Positions 59,741-64,000 of a DNA stretch of 64,000 bases are shown one piece after another (the stretch's first letter is position 1; each line of letters begins with the position of its first letter). The notes beneath the pieces were generated by a model. The model saw only the letters and a program-made list of their open reading frames with translations. It was not told where the DNA came from and searched no databases. Origin of the DNA: Gemmatimonadales bacterium (GTDB lineage Bacteria > Gemmatimonadota > Gemmatimonadetes > Gemmatimonadales > GWC2-71-9); contig JBAOHR010000010.1 of assembly GCA_037045245.1 (NCBI GenBank), positions 9,569 through 73,568 of the forward strand, given 5' to 3'. The position numbers were made by a program, and so were the translations under genes.

Positions 59741-60221
59741 CGCGGAGGCGGGGCGCGACCTCGGCGAGCGCTTCCGGCGCTGGCTCCGCGAGCGGCATCT
59801 TCCGGTGACCCGCCAGCGCGACCTCGTCGCGCTGGCGGTCTTCACGGGCGGGCGCCACCTCTCCGTCGACGCGATCCAGCGCCTCCTGCGCGACCAGGGG
59901 CACAAGATCGGTCTCGCCACGATCTACCGGTCGCTCGAAGTGCTGGTGGAGAGCGGGCTCGTCCGCCAGCTCGACTTCGGCGAGGGCTTCAAGCGCTGGG
60001 AAGCGAAGCGACAGGGCACCCCGCACGGCCACCTGGTCTGTTCGCGCTGCAGCGTGGTCACCGAGTTCTCGACCGATCGCTTCGAACGGATCCTCCCGCT
60101 GGTCGCCGACGAGCACGGTTTTCTCCTCAAGAGCCACCGCGTCGAGATTCACGGCCTCTGCCGCGCCTGCCGCGACGCCGAGGTCGGCGTGCTCGCCCGG
60201 GCCGGGCGTCCCGGCGGATGA
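59727..60221 (+). CDS. Fur-family transcriptional regulator
   Basis: 164 aa from ATG 59727 with a winged-helix region (TRQRDLVALAVF...HLSVDAIQRLLRDQGHKIGLATIYRSLEVLVESGLV), the HGHLVC motif and two CxxC pairs (CSRC, CRAC). Confidence 0.85.
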   Translation: MATTDAEAGRDLGERFRRWLRERHLPVTRQRDLVALAVFTGGRHLSVDAIQRLLRDQGHKIGLATIYRSLEVLVESGLVRQLDFGEGFKRWEAKRQGTPHGHLVCSRCSVVTEFSTDRFERILPLVADEHGFLLKSHRVEIHGLCRACRDAEVGVLARAGRPGG

Positions 60222-60943
60222 CCGAGGGCGCCTTCGGACCGTTGGTGGCCTTCACCGGCGGCCTCCTCTCCTTCCTCTCGCCCTGTGTCCTCCCGCTGGT
60301 GCCGAGCTACCTCGGCTTCCTGACCGGGATGACGCTCGACGAGATGACCGACCGGCGGCATCACGCCGTGCTTCACGCCCTCCTCTTCATCAGCGGCTTC
60401 ACGCTGGTCTTCGTGCTGCTCGGTGCGGGCGCCACGGCGCTCGGTGCGGCGCTCGCGTACAACAAGCTGCGCCTCGCCCGGATCGGCGGCGTGCTCATCA
60501 TCGCCTTCGGGCTCTACATGATGGGGGCGGTGAAGATTGCCGCGCTCGACCGCGATCAGCGCGTTCACCTCGACCGGAAGCCGATCGGCTACCTCGGATC
60601 GGTGCTGGTGGGGATGGCGTTCGCGGCGGGCTGGACACCCTGCATCGGGCCGATCCTCGGCGCGATCCTCGGCATGGCGGGGACGAGCGGCGACGTGACG
60701 CACGGCGTGCTGCTGCTGCTGGCCTACTCGGCGGGGCTTGCGGTGCCGTTCCTGATCGCCGCCTTCGCGGTCGACTCGTTCCGCACCTGGTTCACGCGCT
60801 TCCGCCGCTGGATGCCGTGGCTCCAGCGGGTGAGCGGCCTGGTCTTGGTGGTGGTCGGGATCCTGATGGTCACCGGCGAATTCACCCGGCTCGCCGGGAT
60901 GCTCAGCACGATGACACCGGAGTGGCTCACGAAGCGGTTGTAG
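60218..60943 (+). CDS. ccdA: cytochrome c biogenesis thiol:disulfide transporter CcdA (DsbD-family)
   Basis: 241 aa with six TM segments. SPCVLPLVPSYLGF and AGWTPCIGPILGAIL are the two conserved Cys motifs. Confidence 0.9.
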   Translation: MTEGAFGPLVAFTGGLLSFLSPCVLPLVPSYLGFLTGMTLDEMTDRRHHAVLHALLFISGFTLVFVLLGAGATALGAALAYNKLRLARIGGVLIIAFGLYMMGAVKIAALDRDQRVHLDRKPIGYLGSVLVGMAFAAGWTPCIGPILGAILGMAGTSGDVTHGVLLLLAYSAGLAVPFLIAAFAVDSFRTWFTRFRRWMPWLQRVSGLVLVVVGILMVTGEFTRLAGMLSTMTPEWLTKRL

Positions 60944-60946
60944 CCG

Positions 60947-62692
60947 CTACGCCAGGCTCTCCTCGAGCTCCTGGCGACTGAGCAGCGCCACGTAGCGCGC
61001 TCCCTTCGCCAGCAGCGCCTCGTGCGTGCCGCGCTCGACGACGGTGGCGTCGTCGAGGACGATGATCTCGTCGGCGTCGCGCACCGCCGAGAAGCGATGC
61101 GAGATGATCAGGCAGGTCCGCCCCACCATCGCACCGCGCAGCGCCGCCAGGATGTCCTCCTCGGTCTGGGCATCCACCGCGCTCAACGCATCGTCGAGGA
61201 CCAGCACCGGGGGCTGGCGCACCAGCGCGCGCGCGATCGCGGCACGCTGCCGCTGTCCGCCGGAGATGTTGATCCCGCGCTCGCCAAGCATCGTGGCCCA
61301 CCCCAGCGGCAGGTCGGGGAGCGCCTGGTCGAGACGGGAGACGCGGGCGGCCTCGTCGAGCCGGCCATCATCGGGCGAGCCGAGCAGGACGTTCTCCCGG
61401 AGTGTGTCGGAGAAGAGGAAGGTCTCCTGCGGGACCATGCCGACGGCGGCACGGAGCTCGGCCAGCGCCAGGGTGCGGATGTCGACCCCATCGAGCAGGA
61501 TGCGTCCCCGGTCCGGGTCGTAGGTGCGCACGACCAGTTCGGCGATCGTGGTCTTGCCGCTGCCCGTGGCGCCGACGATGCCGAGGACCTTGCCGGCGTC
61601 GACGGCAAAGGAGACGTCGCGGAGGACCCAGTCCCGTTCGGCGCCGGGGTAGCGGAACCACACCCCCTCGAACACCAGGCGGCGCGGGCCTTCCGTCGGG
61701 GGGAGCGCGGACGGGTGTGCGGGGTCGGTGATGTCGGGCGTCTCCTCCAACAGCGCCTGTACGCGATCCGAGGCGGCGTCACCCCGTTGAAGCAACGAGA
61801 TGGCCCAGCCCAGGGCGATCATCGGCCAGACGAGCGTGGCGAGATAGACGCTGAAGGCCACGAAGCCGCCGATCGTCATGGCACCCGTGAGCACCAGGCG
61901 GCCGCCGAAGATCATCGCGATCACGGCGCCGAGTCCGCCAAGGAAGGTCAGCAGCGGATGAAAGATCCCCTGACCGCGCGCGAGGGCGAGGTTGCTGGCG
62001 ATGTAGCCGCGATCAAGCCCGTGAAAGAGGGCGGTCTCGGCCGATTCCTGCGCGTAGGCGCGGACGATGCGCACCCCGGCCAGGTGCTCTTGCACGAACG
62101 AGGAGATGTCGCCGAACTGGTCCTGCACCGCGAGGGCCCGCCGATGCACCTCGCCGCCGATGATGACCATCACGAGCGGCAGGCCGAGGGTCGGCAGCAG
62201 GGCCCAGAGGGTGAGGGACGGCGACAGGGCGAGCATCATCGGCACGATCATGACCGTGCGCACGGTGGTGTCGACGAGGTACATGATGGCGGGGCCGGCG
62301 ACCATGCGGAGTGCGAGCAGGTCGTTGGTGGCCCGGGCCATCAGGTCGCCGACGGGGTGGCGCTGGTGGAAGGGCGCCGAGAGCCCCATCAGGCGGCGGA
62401 AGAGATCGTTGCGAAGGTCCGTTTCGACTTCGCGCGAGGCGCCATTCAGGCGATGGCGCATGCCGAAGCGGAGGACGCCGCTCGCGAGCGCGAGTCCGGC
62501 GACCCAGAGTGCGGCGGTGGCAACATCCCTGGCCGCAGTGGGGCCGGCCGTCGCCAGGACGTCGATGCCGCGCTGGACGTAGCGCGGACCGAGCGTCGCG
62601 AAGAAATTGGATGCCAGCAGGGAGAGGAAGCCGACCCAGTAGGCTGCCGCGTGGCGGCGGAGATAGGGCAGGAGTCGGCGTAGCGCGCGCAT
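60947..62692 (-). CDS. ABC exporter, fused permease/ATPase (MsbA/multidrug type)
   Basis: 581 aa with a six-TM N-terminal domain, Walker A GATGSGKTT, signature ISGGQRQR and Walker B VLVLDDALSAVD. Confidence 0.92.
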   Translation of the reverse strand: MRALRRLLPYLRRHAAAYWVGFLSLLASNFFATLGPRYVQRGIDVLATAGPTAARDVATAALWVAGLALASGVLRFGMRHRLNGASREVETDLRNDLFRRLMGLSAPFHQRHPVGDLMARATNDLLALRMVAGPAIMYLVDTTVRTVMIVPMMLALSPSLTLWALLPTLGLPLVMVIIGGEVHRRALAVQDQFGDISSFVQEHLAGVRIVRAYAQESAETALFHGLDRGYIASNLALARGQGIFHPLLTFLGGLGAVIAMIFGGRLVLTGAMTIGGFVAFSVYLATLVWPMIALGWAISLLQRGDAASDRVQALLEETPDITDPAHPSALPPTEGPRRLVFEGVWFRYPGAERDWVLRDVSFAVDAGKVLGIVGATGSGKTTIAELVVRTYDPDRGRILLDGVDIRTLALAELRAAVGMVPQETFLFSDTLRENVLLGSPDDGRLDEAARVSRLDQALPDLPLGWATMLGERGINISGGQRQRAAIARALVRQPPVLVLDDALSAVDAQTEEDILAALRGAMVGRTCLIISHRFSAVRDADEIIVLDDATVVERGTHEALLAKGARYVALLSRQELEESLA

Positions 62693-62740
62693 CGGGGAAA
62701 GGTATCCCCGATTCGATCACGGATCACCCAGGAGTCCCGA

Positions 62741-63541
62741 ATGACTGACCGCCGGATTGTTCTTGCCACCATCCTTGCCCTGGCCGTCTCGGCCTGCGGC
62801 GAGAAGACCGCCGATGGCGGGAGTGCCACGCCGGGCACCGATTCGCTGGTGCCGATTGCCGATGCTCCGGCGCTCGACACGAGCAAGCCTGCGCCTCCGC
62901 CGGAGACCGTCTTCGTGAAGACGCCGCCGAAGTCGACGGCCACGCGGCCGACGACCACGGCGCCGAAGCCCGCGCCGCAACCGCCGGCGCCCGCCCCGGC
63001 GCAGGCAGCCGCCGCGAAGGCCGCCATCACCTTGGTGAGCGGCACCGCCGTGTCGACCGTGACGATCGACTCGATCCATTCCGAGTACACCCGTGTCGGT
63101 GACCAGATTCGGGTGCGCGTCGCGAACGATGTCAGCAGCTCGGCCGGCAAGGTCGTCATCCCGGCCGGTTCGGTGGTCACGCTGGCCGTGACCGCGATCG
63201 GCCAGGCCAACAACCGTGGCGAGAAGGGGACGCTGTCGCTCGCCGGCCGGTCGGTGGAGATCAACGGGCAGAGCTACCCGATCACCGCGGCCGCGACCGA
63301 CTTCGAGTATGAGATGAAGGCGCGCGGCGTCGGCGCGACCGATGTGGCGCGCACCGGGGCGGGTGCCGCCGCGGGCGCCATCATCGGCCGCGTGATCGGC
63401 GGCAAGACCGGCACCGTGGTCGGCGCCGTGGGTGGCGCCGCGGCGGGTGCCGCGGTGGCCGCCAAGTCGGCCAACCGCAACATCATCGTGCATGCCGGCA
63501 AGGCGATGACCATCACCCTGCGCGACGACTTCGCGAAGTAA
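62741..63541 (+). CDS. lipoprotein with a Pro/Ala-rich linker and a C-terminal glycine-zipper segment
   Basis: 266 aa with a lipobox (LALAVSAC), AGGAG upstream and a C-terminal TGAGAAAGAIIGRVIGGKTGTVVGAVGGAAAGAAVA. Confidence 0.75.
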   Translation: MTDRRIVLATILALAVSACGEKTADGGSATPGTDSLVPIADAPALDTSKPAPPPETVFVKTPPKSTATRPTTTAPKPAPQPPAPAPAQAAAAKAAITLVSGTAVSTVTIDSIHSEYTRVGDQIRVRVANDVSSSAGKVVIPAGSVVTLAVTAIGQANNRGEKGTLSLAGRSVEINGQSYPITAAATDFEYEMKARGVGATDVARTGAGAAAGAIIGRVIGGKTGTVVGAVGGAAAGAAVAAKSANRNIIVHAGKAMTITLRDDFAK

Positions 63542-63547
63542 CGAGGA

Positions 63548-64000
63548 CTAGTACCCCGAGGGGCCCCCGCCGAGGCGGGGGTCACTCACCCCCTGCCAGC
63601 CCCCCTTGATGCGGGCAATCGCCTGCACGTCGCCCATCCCCCCGCTGTTCTGCACGGAGTGCCCCATCGCCTTGAGCCAGGCGATCGCCGCTGGCGCGAA
63701 GCCGCCCGGCCCTTCCATCCGCATCTGGTCCGGCAAACCCTGCTCGTGCATCCGCGGCGCCGCCACGGCATCCGGCAGCGACATCCCGTGGTCGATCACG
63801 TTGCTGATCACGTGGTAGACCTGCGTGATGATCGTGGGCCCGCCGGGCGTGCCCACCACAAGCCGAAGCGCCCCGCTCGGATCGACCACGATGCTCGGCG
63901 TCATCGCCGACAACATCCGCTTGCCCGGCTTGATCGCGTTGACCTCGCCCTGCACCAGGCCGTACATGTTGGCCGTCCCGGGTGCCGCCGCGAAGTCGTC
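63548..64000 (-). CDS. ggt: gamma-glutamyltransferase, C-terminal (small-subunit) part; 5' end lies beyond the window
   Basis: The frame is open to the window edge. Sequence includes KRMLSAMTPSIVV...GTPGGPTIITQVYHVISNVIDHGMSLPDAVAAPRMH...GGWQGVSDPR. Confidence 0.88.
   Translation of the reverse strand, partial: DDFAAAPGTANMYGLVQGEVNAIKPGKRMLSAMTPSIVVDPSGALRLVVGTPGGPTIITQVYHVISNVIDHGMSLPDAVAAPRMHEQGLPDQMRMEGPGGFAPAAIAWLKAMGHSVQNSGGMGDVQAIARIKGGWQGVSDPRLGGGPSGY

Overview
GC-rich bacterial chromosome segment; third codon positions are almost always G/C, which creates many long spurious antisense ORFs. Gene content and protein styles suggest a Gemmatimonadota-like organism, but that is not provable from this window. 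About 36 kb (5.1-36.3 kb) is one contiguous + strand translation/transcription supercluster. Its order is tRNA-Thr/Tyr/Gly/Thr, tuf, secE, nusG, rplKAJL, rpoBC, rpsLG, fusA, a second tuf, then the S10 and spc ribosomal-protein operons, secY, adk and map. The left edge carries two tandem secreted GWxTD-like paralogs, an MscS channel and cysS. The right 28 kb is more accessory:
- suhB, trpS and a PilT-like ATPase, then purA
- a minus-strand minor-pilin operon (FimT/GspH-like, PilV-like, PilW-like, giant PilX-like)
- a long translationally coupled operon from glyQS to priA that contains an uncharacterised Zn-peptidase / small protein / ubiquitin-like / deacetylase module
- an IS256-family insertion with clear inverted repeats and an 8-bp target duplication
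- arsB, a TonB-dependent receptor, a TIGR00300-like enzyme, a Fur-family regulator, ccdA, an ABC exporter, a glycine-zipper lipoprotein and the 3' end of ggt

The most unusual signal is non-coding. At least seven gene-end or intergenic gaps are filled by tracts with strict 7-nt periodicity, using different heptamers at each locus. These are usually arranged as long inverted repeats. One is a roughly 200-bp phased heptamer tract that the IS element has split. A second repeat family is a 28-nt palindrome with compensatory central changes, present in four copies. Two genes (priA and the fimT/gspH-like gene) need frame changes to be read as sequenced.
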